Origin: Hemiscyllium ocellatum
Taxonomy: Eukaryota
NCBI RefSeq assembly: GCF_020745735.1
Contig: NC_083437.1
Location: 9,734,001 to 9,798,000, forward strand
Reading direction: 5' to 3'
DNA length: 64,000 nucleotides
Shown here in pieces: positions 52,225-63,495 of this stretch. Numbering within the stretch: position 1 is the stretch's first letter; each line of letters begins with the position of its first letter. The position numbers were made by a program, and so were the translations under genes. The notes below the pieces were generated by a model that ran no database searches, was not told the DNA's origin, and worked only from the letters and a program-made list of their open reading frames with translations.

Positions 52225-52789
52225 AGTTGGTTGGTGATCACCGGAGCTGGGGAAGGTCTTGTAGCAGCAGATGCCAAACTTGAGCTGGATATGCACAGTC
52301 AGTCGCTGTTTAGCACAGGTCAAACACAAATTTACTAGTTTAGATGGTTACATAGCTGTCTATGCTGTTTAAAGCAGAGAATTAATGCTGATCAGTTCCT
52401 GTCTGGTGGGGATTCTAGAGTGAGTAGGCTTTATTTAAAATTAAGAGAGCTCCCATTTAGCACAGAGCTTGAAAGGAGTTACTTGCCTCACTGTGGCTGG
52501 TGTTTGAAATTCCCTTCCCAGACATGAGTGCAGGCTAGAATAAAATATATTGCTTACAAATTTTTGATCAGCCAGGGAGTTGAGGGTTAAGGGGACCAGT
52601 AGGAAAGTGGAGCGACAGTAACAAGCTGATCAACCATGATCTTATTGAATTTAGTTCACAGATGCATTTTGGGAAGGAAATCTACCAACCCTACCTAGTT
52701 TGGCCCATGTGAGAATCCAGACCTTTCGCAATGTACTTGACTCTTATTGTTCGCTTGGCCTACCAAGCCACTCAGTTCGAGTCTAATAC

Positions 52790-53585
52790 AGTCATCGAGT
52801 CAATCAAACCCTTCGGTCTAACCTGTCCACGCTGACCAGATATCTTAAATTAATCTAGTCCTATTTGCTAGCATTTGGCTCATATCCCTCTCAACCCTTC
52901 CTATCCATATACCCATCCAGATGCTTTTTAAAATGTTGTAATTGTTCCAGCCTCCACTATCATCTTCGGCAGCTCATTCCATACATGCACCATCCTCTGC
53001 ATGAAAAGGTTGCTCCTTTAGTTCCCTTTTAATTTTTTTCTCCCTTCGCCTTAAAATCTATGCCCTCTAGTTTTGGACTCCCCTACCTTGGGGAAAAGAC
53101 TTTGGTTATTCAGCCTATCCATGCCCCTCATGATTTTATAAACCTGTATTATGTCACTCCTCAGCCTCTGACTCTCCATGAAAAATAACCCCAACCTATT
53201 CAGCCTCTGCTCAAACCCTCCAATCCTGGTAATATCCTTGTAAGTCTTTTCTGAACCCTTTCAAATTTCACAACATTTTTCCTATAGCATGGAGACCAGA
53301 ATTGAACACAGTATTCCAAACGTGGCCTGACTTAATATCCTGTACAGCCACAATATGACCTCCCTACTCCTATTCTGAATGCATTGAACAATAAAGGCAA
53401 GTGTACTAAATGCCTTATCCATCACACCCCCAAGATATCTTTGTTCAACAACACTCCTCAGGACCTTATCATTAAGTGTATAACTCCTGCCCTGATTTAC
53501 CTTTCCAAAATGCAGCATCTCACATTTATCCAACTTAAACACCATTTGGAACTCCTCGGCCCATTGGCCCATCTGATTTAGGTCC
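52790..53585 (-). mobile_element. 5'-truncated CR1 inserted into a SINE (halves at ~52665-52785 and ~53590-53650)
   Basis: Same family as 19006-19853. The flanks join into the 62761-type SINE. Confidence 0.88.
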
Positions 53586-54234
53586 GGTGAGTGATGGGTG
53601 ATAAATGCTGGCGCAGTCAGTGATGCTTGCGTTCCTTGAGTGAATAAAAATTAAAACAGCCCAGAGGAGCTGCTTCTACTATTTCTTATATTCTTAGATT
53701 TGAGAATAGCATATTTGGAACTTATCATTACAGAACTTTGGAGAAAGCAAATTAAAGTAGCACAGAGTGAATAATTGTGGGATTCGCCTTGTGACATTTC
53801 GATTTAATATTCTTACAGGAACAAGTGACACAAATGGCTCAATTTGGACTGTCTCTACAAAGTTAAATCTATGATGTATGAAGGAAACTGGAAATTGAGA
53901 GAAGTAGAAGGTCAATTTAAACCTTTAGAGTGCTGTCTGGTAGGATTTGTGAACATAGCTGCAGGGGTGTGTTATCATTGCTGATAAGCTCCACTATTGC
54001 ATTGCTCAGCGTAACTGACCTTAAGAAAGGCCAGAGAGACAGAGTGGAAGATGATGCTCGGCATGAATGATTTTGAACATTAAATAAGATAGAGCTGTAC
54101 CAATATGTTGAGTTGTCAATTCACCGCCAGGATTGTTGACAGATGGAGAGGAATTACTGTGCTTACTGTGTGCAGCAACATCAGAAATATGCTGGTGGAT
54201 ATTTCCTTTGTTCTGTATTTATGTTAAAAGCCCT

Positions 54235-54975
54235 GGCACAAAGGAAGATGGTTATGGTTATTAGAAGTCAATTATCTCAACCTCAAAACATCCGTGCAGG
54301 AGTTTTTCAGGGTAGTGAACTAGGCCCATCATAAGGTCAGAACTGGAATGTTCACTTATCTTTGCACAATGTTCAGCACCATTCACGATTCCTCAGATAC
54401 TGAAGCAGTCTGTGCTTACATTTAGAAATATCTGGATAATATTCAGATTGAATATTATCTGACTTTTGACTGATAACACCTAAGTATCGCGCAATGTCCA
54501 TTTCCAACAGGACGAATCTAACTATCTTCTCTTGATATTACCACCACTGAATTCTCCACGATCAATAGGGTGGTGTTTACCACTGAAACTCACCTCCTAA
54601 CTCCCTAAAGCCTGTCCACCATCTACAATGTACAAGTTAGGAGTACTCTCCACTAGCCTGGATGGATGCAACTCCATCAACACCTAGGAAGCTTGACACC
54701 ATCCGGCACATAGCAGCCTGCTTGAGTGGAACTACATTCGCAATCTTAAGAAACAGTCAGTCCTTCTACCTTCAGTGCACACTGTACCATCTGTAAGATG
54801 CATCGCAGCAACTCCTCAAGTCTTCTTTAATAGCACCTTCCAATCCATTTCATCTACTATCTTGAAGAACAAAGGCAACAAACACATGGGGACCACATCA
54901 GCTCTGAACTTCTCTCTGAGTTACTCACTATGCTGATTTAAAGATAATTCTGAACTCCTTCACTGCTGCTGGATA
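54235..54975 (+). mobile_element. Decayed CR1/L2-group LINE, same family as 48043-48882
   Basis: AGVxQGSxLGP remnant. tcctcagatactgaagcagtc is shared in reverse with 48855-48877. Confidence 0.75.
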
Positions 54976-55510
54976 ATGTGGGAAGATAAGGGGATAGGCA
55001 GAATATGTATTCCACCAGTTAGCTATTGAAGTTTCATTTTTAAATCTGCTGTGCAAAAATAATAGGAAACTTTCAAACAGAGGTGTTGATTAATGAGACA
55101 TGTTCAGCACTGTCACAGTCAGTGAATTCGCTGTGCTGTAGGGTTGTATTTAATGGTGGTGATGTGTGACTCAGACATGTAACTGGACTGTGACTCAGTT
55201 GGCTGCGAGATCCAGGCCACCGATGATCAGGAATTACAGGCTAGGGAATAATGGAAGAGAACATGACTCCCCTTTCTGATGCCGGATCCTTTGATTAGGC
55301 ATTGATGGCTTTGAATAACCCACTGCATGGGTTTACTTGCAATGTTCCCAGCATGAAGTCTTCCCCACTTTGAATTGGGTTATTGTGAACAGTCATTGGA
55401 TTGGCCCTTTAATTGGTTGTTAAATGGTCATGTAAGACCTTAACTGGTGGAAGGGAAGGAAGGGACCATTCAATCATGGATTTAATTTGGATGGAGGTTG
55501 GGGTCCCCCT

Positions 55511-55828
55511 GGGTGGCACGGTGGCACAGTGGTTAGCACTGCTGCCTCACAATGCCAGAGACCCAGGTTCAATTCCTGCCTTTCTGTGTGGAGTTTGCAC
55601 ATTTTTCCTGTATCTGCGTGGGTTTCCTCCGGGTGCTCCGGTTTCCTCCCACAATCCAAAAATGTGCAGGTTAGGTGAATTGGCAAGGCTAAATTGCCCG
55701 TAGTGTTGGGTGAAGGGGTAAATATAGGGGAATGGGTATGGGTAGGTTGCGCTTCGGCAGGTCGGTGTGGACTTGTTGGTCCGAAGGGCCTGTTTCCACA
55801 CTGTAAGTTATCTAATCTAATCTAATCT
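55511..55828 (+). mobile_element. HE1-type V-SINE, full length
   Basis: Same subfamily as 32091-32415, with a (TCTAA)n tail. Confidence 0.92.
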
Positions 55829-56572
55829 CCCACCCACCAATTAAATACTCCTCTGTTACCAAACCTGACACTGAAGAGTGCATTGAATTCTAGCCATAAG
55901 CAATGAGGACAATGGTCAATTTTTAGAGACACCTTTGTTTTCTTTAATTAAAGCGGTCAAAGCTGGAAATGGAGACTTTTTGCCCAATAAATTATATATA
56001 TGGTATTGAGCCTAGATGTCTTCTCAGAGGCATAGACCCAAAGCTCAAATGACTTCTTTCATTGAGACACTAAATCCCCAACCCTGAGTTCTAATTCTAA
56101 AATATCAGGACACACAACAGAGGCAGTACGCCAGAAGATTATCTCGAAAGATGGAGCAATCCCTTAATATTTTATGAATCAACAGTTAGGATCGAAAACT
56201 GTCTCACCACTACAACGACTTGGTCAGATGCAATTTGTGTCAATAATTAACATCGCTCCCTGCGCTAAATTGACAATAATGTATTCTCCTACAAAGATCT
56301 GCTTGCTTGTAATTCAGCAGTATTAAGTGAACAAATTGATCTAATAACTCAGCACAGTAATCAACATCGAAAGCCCAAGCACTTAAACGAGTCGTAAATC
56401 ATCTTAAACAGCAGTTTCTACATTTAAATGTTTTTCTATGCTTTATTGAACAGTATGAAAGAGATTTGTTTAAAAAAAATAAGTTTAGTTATCTTGCTAC
56501 TAATGAAATCTTAGACTGCAATAATCTAGCAATAAATGTATGTCAGGTTTCACACTGCATGAAGAACTGATA

Positions 56573-57665
56573 CGCTGAAAATGTGTTGCTGGAAATGCGC
56601 AGCAGGTCAGGCAGCATCCAAAGAGCAGGAGAATCGCCGTTTCGGGCATGAGCCCTTCTTCAGGAATGAGGAAAGTGTGTCCAGCAGGAACCCCACCCCT
56701 CCAATCGCTACCAGGACAGAACCCCACTGGTCCTCACCTACCACCCCATCAACCTCCACATACATCGTATCATCCGTTGTCATTTCCGCCACCCCCAAAC
56801 GGACCCCACCACCAGAGATATATTTCCCTCCCCTCCCCTATCAGCGTTCCGAAAAGACCACTTCCTCTGTGACTCCCTCGTCAGGTCCACACCCCACCAA
56901 CCCAACCTCCACTCCCGGCACCTTCCCCTGCAACCGCAAGAAATGCAAAACTTGCGCCCACACCTCCCCTCTTACTTCTCTCCAAGGCCCCAAGGGATCC
57001 TTCCATATCCGCCACAGATTCACCTGCACCTCCACACACATCATTTATTGCATCTGCTGCACCCGATGTGGCCTCCTCTATATTGGAGAGACAGGACACC
57101 TACTTGCAAAACGTTTCAGGGAACACCTCTGGGACACCCGGACAAACCAACCCAACACCCCGTTGCTCAACACTTCAACTCCCCCTCCCACTCCGCCAAG
57201 GACATGCAGGTCCTTGGACTCCTCCATCGCCAGACCATAGCAACACGACGGCTGGAGGAAGAGCGCCTCATCTTCCACCTAGGAACCCTCCAACCATAAG
57301 GAATGAACCTAGATTTCTCCAGTTTCCTCATTTCCCCTCCCCCTACCTTATCTCAGTCAAATCCCTTGAACTCAGCACCGCCTTCCTAACCTGCAATCTT
57401 CTTCCTGACCTCTCCGCCCCCACCCCCTCTCCTATCACCCTCACCTTGACCTCCTTTCACCTATCGCATTTCCAATGCCCCTTCCCCAAGTCCCTCCTCG
57501 CTATCTTTTATCTTAGCCTGCTGGACACACTTTCTTCATCCCTGAAGAAGGGCTCATGCCCGAAACGTCGATTCTCCTGCTCCTTGGATGCTGCCTGACC
57601 TGCTGCGTTTTTCCAGCAACACATTTTCAGCTCTGATCTCCAGCATCTGCAGTCCTCACTTTTTC
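56573..57665 (+). mobile_element. Penelope-like element: inverted partial pLTR (56574-56687), GIY-YIG region and 3' pLTR
   Basis: CNRKKCKTC..IIYCICCTRCGLLYIGETG..RFREH. TSD GAAGAACTGATA at 56561-56572 and 57669-57680 (15 bp if one mismatch is allowed). Confidence 0.93.
57538..57573 (+). ncRNA. Minimal hammerhead ribozyme motif (intact core, weak stem I)
   Basis: AUCC-CUGAAGA-A-GGGC-UCAU-GCCC-GAAA-CG-UC-GAUU. Confidence 0.65.
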
Positions 57666-57684
57666 CACGAAGAACTGATAAACC

Positions 57685-58070
57685 AGCCTTAGCTCAGTGT
57701 TAGTATTTTCATCTCTGAAGTGAATTAAATTCAGCGTGCAGACTCAGCTAGTTCTCCAGTGCTCAATGAGGGTCTGCTCATGAGCTGACATTAATGCTAA
57801 TGTCGGTGATGTGCAAAGTTCCTTGGCACTTTGTAGTAAAGAGCTGGGGAATTTTCTCAGTGCCCTGGGAAACATCCCATTCTACACCACCAAAAGCTGA
57901 ATCGTTTGTTGGTCGTTAGTTCGTATTCGTTTGCGGCATTTTGCTGTGTACAAAAAACTTTCTCTTGTGTTTCGCTATTTGTAAGTCTCTACGTTTCAAA
58001 AGCATAATCTTCATTGTAGAGTGTTTTGGGATATCCTGAATACATTAAAAGAGTGATATAAATATAATTT
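57685..58070 (+). mobile_element. Ancient Deu-domain SINE relic
   Basis: Head cagccttagctcagtgttag, then ggcacttt..aagagctggggaattttctcagtgccctgg and a ttttgggatatcctga tail. Confidence 0.55.
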
Positions 58071-58968
58071 TATTTTCATCCTTAATTTAACATTGGAGTA
58101 TTCTGCAAAAGCTGGAGGAATAGAATTAATTTTAAATATGTATCCAGTCTGTTTTGTTGTGATTAGATACAAAGAACAGTTACAGCTGGCAGCTCCTGAA
58201 GTATTCTGTGGACAAAAAGAAAAGCCAAAATGTAATGGCAATGACTGAACAACACCTGCTACAGGCTGAAGGGGATACCATCTCAATAGAAACCTCAGAC
58301 TAGAGACTTTCATTTCCAAGTGAAGGAATTAATTGGGTCACAAAACACTAACCTTTGTTATTTCCAGCAAGGAAAACTTTTTCCTGTGTCCTCCTAACCC
58401 TGAATTTTTTTCTCTCTGATATACATTACCGCATTTTTCCCAAAAGAGTAAATGCTGTAATGCATTAAAAAATAGTGAACAATTGTTGGCATACTCTTCT
58501 GTTATGTTTTGGAATATGATTTCAATATCTGAATATCTTGTGTTTTGAAAAAAGCCTTTCCTTTAACTTTCATCAGTATGTGCTGTACTTCATTGATTAA
58601 CATGTCATCTTGTTTGAAATAGAAATGAGACTCAATTAGCTAGAGATGTAAAAGTTTATTTTGATAAATGTGACTGTTATGAATGCTTCACTGATTTGTG
58701 GCATTGCCTCATGTATACATATAAGCAAATGTGTGTCTGCATTTTAACATATTTCAGAATGCAAATTTAAAGTTAAATGAGGCTGCACTTTCTGTCAGTG
58801 CCTTTCACAACTTAACTCTCTGTAGTTTAGTTTTACATTGAACAATTAGCATCTATCCCATTGGCCATCAAAGTATAAAATGAATGGAGGTTGACCATCT
58901 GATGTGTGCAACTGTTTGAGTACAGGGTGCTGCCCTATCAGTAAGTTCTTGTCTTTGCTTTTATTCAG

Positions 58969-59147
58969 AGAACCCGAGGGCAGTAGTCAACCAGGATCAA
59001 TCTACTTCACCTTCCAGTTTTATCGCTTCTCACCAGTAACAACACAGCAGCTGCACCTTGTCAAGTTGCGCAACCCACAAAAGAAAACTTTGAAGTTTAC
59101 ACCTTTCATTCTTATACCACTAAATAAAAATGGTACTGGTAATTTAG
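58969..59147 (+). CDS. NPHP4: NPHP4 exon (179 nt, phase 2->1): EPEGSSQPGSIYFTFQFYRFSPVTTQQLHLVKLRNPQKKTLKFTPFILIPLNKNGTGNL
   Basis: Acceptor ctttgcttttattcag| and donor |gtgagt. Contains the NPHP4 motif YFTFQFYRFxPxTT. Confidence 0.97.
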
Positions 59148-59900
59148 GTGAGTATTACGAGTTATTTATAGCAGAAAAAAAGGCCCTTAGTTCTAACAGC
59201 TGGATGATGGAGTTCATTCTTCACAACATCTTCCTCCCATCCTTATTCCTTTGCCCCTTCTGTTCCTGTCTTCCTCATGCTCTTATTTAACTTGCTTTTC
59301 ACTGTATGCTATTTACTGTAACTGCTTCTAATGAGGGTTAATAACACACTCTAACCACCAGGTTAACAGGAATTAGTGCAGATGCCTTGCTAACTGAATT
59401 GTTCATTACTTGCTTAATGTACTTTGTAAATTAAATTACTTTATCTAACAGAATGCACATTCAATGTTTGAAGAAAAATTATGGTTGTCACCACAACTGA
59501 CCATGTAAAGTATGAACCTCAGATCAGTTATGAGTTGGGTGTTAGCTTAATTCATCTCAATAAGTTATTGTTTCTACCTCTTACCCCCTTCCATAGAGTT
59601 AATGTTATGAGTATTTCTTGAGGGTGGTGCACTTTGTTTTGGTGGAGAGTCATGATGGGATTCTATTGGTTTATTTTCATGTCCGGAGCTACAAATGTCA
59701 ACAAAACAGATGTATGCATTTTAAAGGTCTGTCCTGAGACTGGAAAATCAAATCTTAAAAGTAAGGGATCTTATTACGCATCATTTCAACTTTTGAATTT
59801 TGTAGGATCATTTGCAGCAGAAATTTTCAGCAGGACCTTTCTAGAGTTGTTTATTCTGTATTTAACTGACATGTCCTCACTGATTCCCATTTGTATGCAG

Positions 59901-60061
59901 ATTCTCCAGGGCTGGAGCTGAAATTCATGGTGGAGCCGAGTTATATGAAGGAAGGAGAACAGCGATGGTTTATGCAATATCTGGCCACGCAGACGTTGCA
60001 GATTGATGTCTGGGATGCAGAATCCTTACTTCTGATTGGCACAGCAACTGTGGAACTGAAG
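59901..60061 (+). CDS. NPHP4: NPHP4 exon (161 nt, phase 1->0): (D)SPGLELKFMVEPSYMKEGEQRWFMQYLATQTLQIDVWDAESLLLIGTATVELK
   Basis: Acceptor cccatttgtatgcag| and donor |gtaaag. Contains the NPHP4 C2-like motif QTLQIDVWDxxSLLLIG. Confidence 0.97.
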
Positions 60062-60184
60062 GTAAAGCCCCGTTTCTGGATGGCATAAAGACACAATGTA
60101 AATGCAAGTTGTTTTGTTGATGCACAGTTGAGTATCAGACTACATCGATGTCCTTCACTAAAAACTCCAGACTATATTCATCCA

Positions 60185-60735
60185 TAAAATACTGAGATAT
60201 TTCATTGAGGTGTAGAGTGGATCATTGTCCCCTTGATCTGCCATTCTGTAAGAACTTAGCTGATCTGATTGTGACCTCTGAAATGGACAAGTTCATACAT
60301 TCCTACATTTTTACCACATCTGCCACTTTATTACCATCTCTCCTTACCAATCTATATCTATTTGGAACATTCTTCTGTCCTCTTCACAATGTAACATTTC
60401 TACCTATATGTGTGATGAACAAATTGAGCAATCATACATTTGATCTCTTCTTCGAAGTCATTGATGAAGATTGTAAATACTTGAAACCCCACCTCTGATT
60501 CCTGTAGCACTCATAGGTTACATTGTGCCAACCCAAAAATGATCTATTTATGTCTACTGTCTGCTTCCTATTAGCTAACCAACCATCTATCCATGTGAAG
60601 ATGTCACCCCAATGCTCGAGACTCTTACTTTTAGCAGCAATCTTTGATGTGGCACTTAGTCAAAACCTTGTGGAAATCTAAATGCACGGCATCAGTAGGT
60701 TCTCCTTTATCCATTTTGCTTGTTATTTCGTCTGA
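60185..60735 (-). mobile_element. Old CR1 RT fragment
   Basis: Reverse remnants of LDFHKV, W.DGWLANRKQTV and FTIFINDFEEE. Confidence 0.65.
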
Positions 60736-61377
60736 AAATGGTCCATGTTAATGCGTCTGAGTTATGCATTGTAGTTATGCCAAGATTCAAAGAATAAAGA
60801 CTTATAAATCAATAGGCTACATCTGAACATTTCTTCAGCATGTCTGTGTTCGTACTTAAAATTTAAAATGAAGTGAAGCCCTGAGGCCGAAAGGAAAGAG
60901 AACTGCCAAAATAGGAAAGAGAGGACAATGTAAATTTACGTAATATCAAGCAATGGTTCTAAAAGCTGAGGGACCAAAAGAGACGGGGGCTCCATAGTTA
61001 GGGGGGTCCTTAGGAGGGTCCATAGTTTAGGGGGTCCTGAGAAAGTGAGTTAGTGGTGATGGGAAATGATTTCAAAACATGAGGACATAAGGGGATAGGA
61101 GGGGGCAGTTAGTCCATGGGTGTGTGAGACAGTACCACGGACATTTTCATCACCAGCTGTCAGTACAGGTATCAGTAGATTAATGTATTTTAAATCTGTT
61201 AGGCAAGTTTTGTCTCCAGATGTAGCAGCTTAAAGGCTCAGATTGCAGTGGAAAAACAAGGCATGTTAGGAATGATAAAGGACCAGAATCTGATCTGCTG
61301 TTCTCTCACTTACATCATTTCTTCATTTAAATCTTGTTTTTTTTATTTTTTTCACCCTTCTTTAGCAAGGCTATACT

Positions 61378-61640
61378 CAGAACCATAGAATCTCTACAGT
61401 GTAGAAACAGGCCATTTAGCCCATTAAGTCCACATCACCCCCTCTGAAGTGCATCCCACCCAGACTCACCCCCTACCCTTGCCCTGTAACCCTGTATTTC
61501 CCCTGGTCAATCCACCTAGCCTGTACAGCTTTAGATTATTGGAAGAAACCATTGCAGACATGGGGAGAATGTGCAAACTCCGCACAGCCCAAGGCTGAAT
61601 CGAACCTAGTCCCTGGTGCTGTGAGGCAGCAATGCTAACC
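61378..61640 (-). mobile_element. HE1-type V-SINE with internal deletions
   Basis: Same subfamily as 40695-41057. Confidence 0.85.
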
Positions 61641-62339
61641 ACTGAGCCACCATCCGCCCTATTGTCTAACCAGTTTTAAGAAGACACATAATGGAATGTG
61701 ATTTATCTCCCTCATTAAAAGAACCAATGATCACTCCTGACAGGAAATCCAGTGCATGGGCAGTGGCTGGGGTCCCGACTTTAGAGTCCTTTCCTAATAC
61801 TCTGCTTGTATTTTTCCATCAATCACTGCTTTTATTGCAGTTCTACTGAGGGAAATGCTATGTGAAGCTTCACAGCTTTGTTTGCTGCAGATGAATCTAG
61901 CACGCCTTTTAAATGAGAGCAGCAAAAAGAGAAAAAGAACTCAAATAATGCCAAGAAGAATTCTGTTGCTGAAATGATTATATTTACATGTAGTTTGCAT
62001 TCTAAAGTGTGTTTTCTGTGAAAGATGAATTTAAATCAGGCTTTTCATTATCCACTGTTATTCTTTTCAATTATTAATGCTTATAAAATATGTTTGAGCT
62101 CTTATCAACTCTCACTCGTTATAATTCACTCCTAATTGTTAAAGTATCCTTTCAGTTAAAAGCCAAATAAAACTTCTAATGTTTCACAGTGAATTGAAAG
62201 CTTATGTTTGATGATGCAGCTGACACCTTCGCTTCCACACTAAGTGGTTTAGCTAGTTTCTGTTTGTCTGGATGGAGGGCTTTTTGAGATGAACAGTTTT
62301 TGTGAAATTCTAAGAGTAGGATTAACATTTGCTGTGAAG

Positions 62340-62622
62340 TAACACTTCACCTGACGAAGGAGCAGCCCTCTATAAGCTTGTGATTTCAAATAAACTGTTG
62401 GACTATAGCCTGGTGTCATGTGATTTCTAATTTTGTCCACCCCGGTCTGACACCAGCATCCCCACTTCCTTGTACTCACTACCCAAACCCTACCATTTAT
62501 CTCTCCACCCCTGAGGCTATCTGCCTCATTCCTGATGAAGGTCTTTTGCCCAAAATGTCGATTTTCCTGCTCCTCGGATGCTGCCTGACCTGCTGTGCTT
62601 TTCCAACACCACTCTAATCTCG
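62340..62622 (+). mobile_element. Two adjacent PLE pLTR fragments of different families (62340-62465 and ~62490-62622), each with a decayed hammerhead
   Basis: cacctgacgaaggagcagccctctataagcttgtg resembles 6261. attcctgatgaaggtcttttgcccaaaatgtcga resembles 40113. Confidence 0.8.
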
Positions 62623-62760
62623 ACCCAAACCTAGAGCAGAGTGGAAGTTGGAGCACTGAGATTGTTTCGCAGTAATTAAGGTTTGCCACTCCATTCAAAA
62701 TCCCATGAAGGAAATTTGGGCAAGTGGTAATTTTTTTTTGATAGTGAATTTTGTTATTTC

Positions 62761-63114
62761 AGGGAGGCAAGGGCCTAGTGGTATTATTGCTGGACTGTTA
62801 ATTCAGAGAGCCAGATAATATTCTGGGGGCTTGGGTTTGAATCCTGCTATGGCAGAGAGTGGAATTTGAATTCAGCAAAAAATCTGGAATTAAGAATCTA
62901 ATGATGACCATGAATCCATTGTCGATTGTTGGAAAAACCCATCACTAGTGTCCTTTAGAGGAGGAAACAATCATCCTTATTTGGTCTGGCCTACATGTGA
63001 CTCCAGACACACTACAAAGTAGTTGACTCTTAACTGCTCTCTGAGCAATTAGGGATGGTCAATAAATGCTGGTCCAGCCAGCGATGCCCTCATCCTGTGA
63101 ATGAATAAAAAAAA
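62761..63114 (+). mobile_element. Full-length tRNA-derived SINE (central domain resembles SlmI/Meta-type SINEs)
   Basis: A/B-box-like head, aaaacccatc..actagtgtcctttag..ggaaac core, and a LINE-derived tail ending gaatgaataaaaaaa. Family name is from memory. Confidence 0.75.
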
Positions 63115-63495
63115 TCTCATAAAACTCACCATAAAATTTTTGGGCTTGCTTAAACATGTATAAATGGATTTTTAATGCAGTGGTAAGTCTTAGTTACTGC
63201 TAGAAGTCGAATTCCTTCTGATTTTAATTAGTATGTGAGATTTTTAAAAACTACTGTTTTTCTTTCAGTCCCTTTCCCTCTCATACTCTCTTTCTTAATC
63301 CCATCTGTCTTTACCTTTATTTAATTGGTGCTGAATTAATTATTCTAATGTAATCCTGCCTCATTATGAATTGTGCATTGTATTTGGTTGAAGTACCATT
63401 CTGTAACTTTATTTGTTCACCCAGGTCCCAGATCAACAAACTTCAGAAGTCCTCAAAAATAAGTGTAAAGGTATAAAGAATAACAGCGTCATATT

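Noticed and set aside
45629-56665. Hammerheads at 45629(-), 46440(+) and 56632(-), and likewise 12890, 43585, 62348 and 62528, as active ribozymes
   Set aside because: Core nucleotides are mutated (GAAA to AAAA, CUGAAUA, NUH to CGGC and similar).
60990-61040. Short direct repeat tccatagtt(t)aggggg(g)tcct x2 with G-runs
   Set aside because: Only two units, consistent with a local slippage duplication. It is not an array, and there is no CRISPR-like structure in this eukaryotic window.
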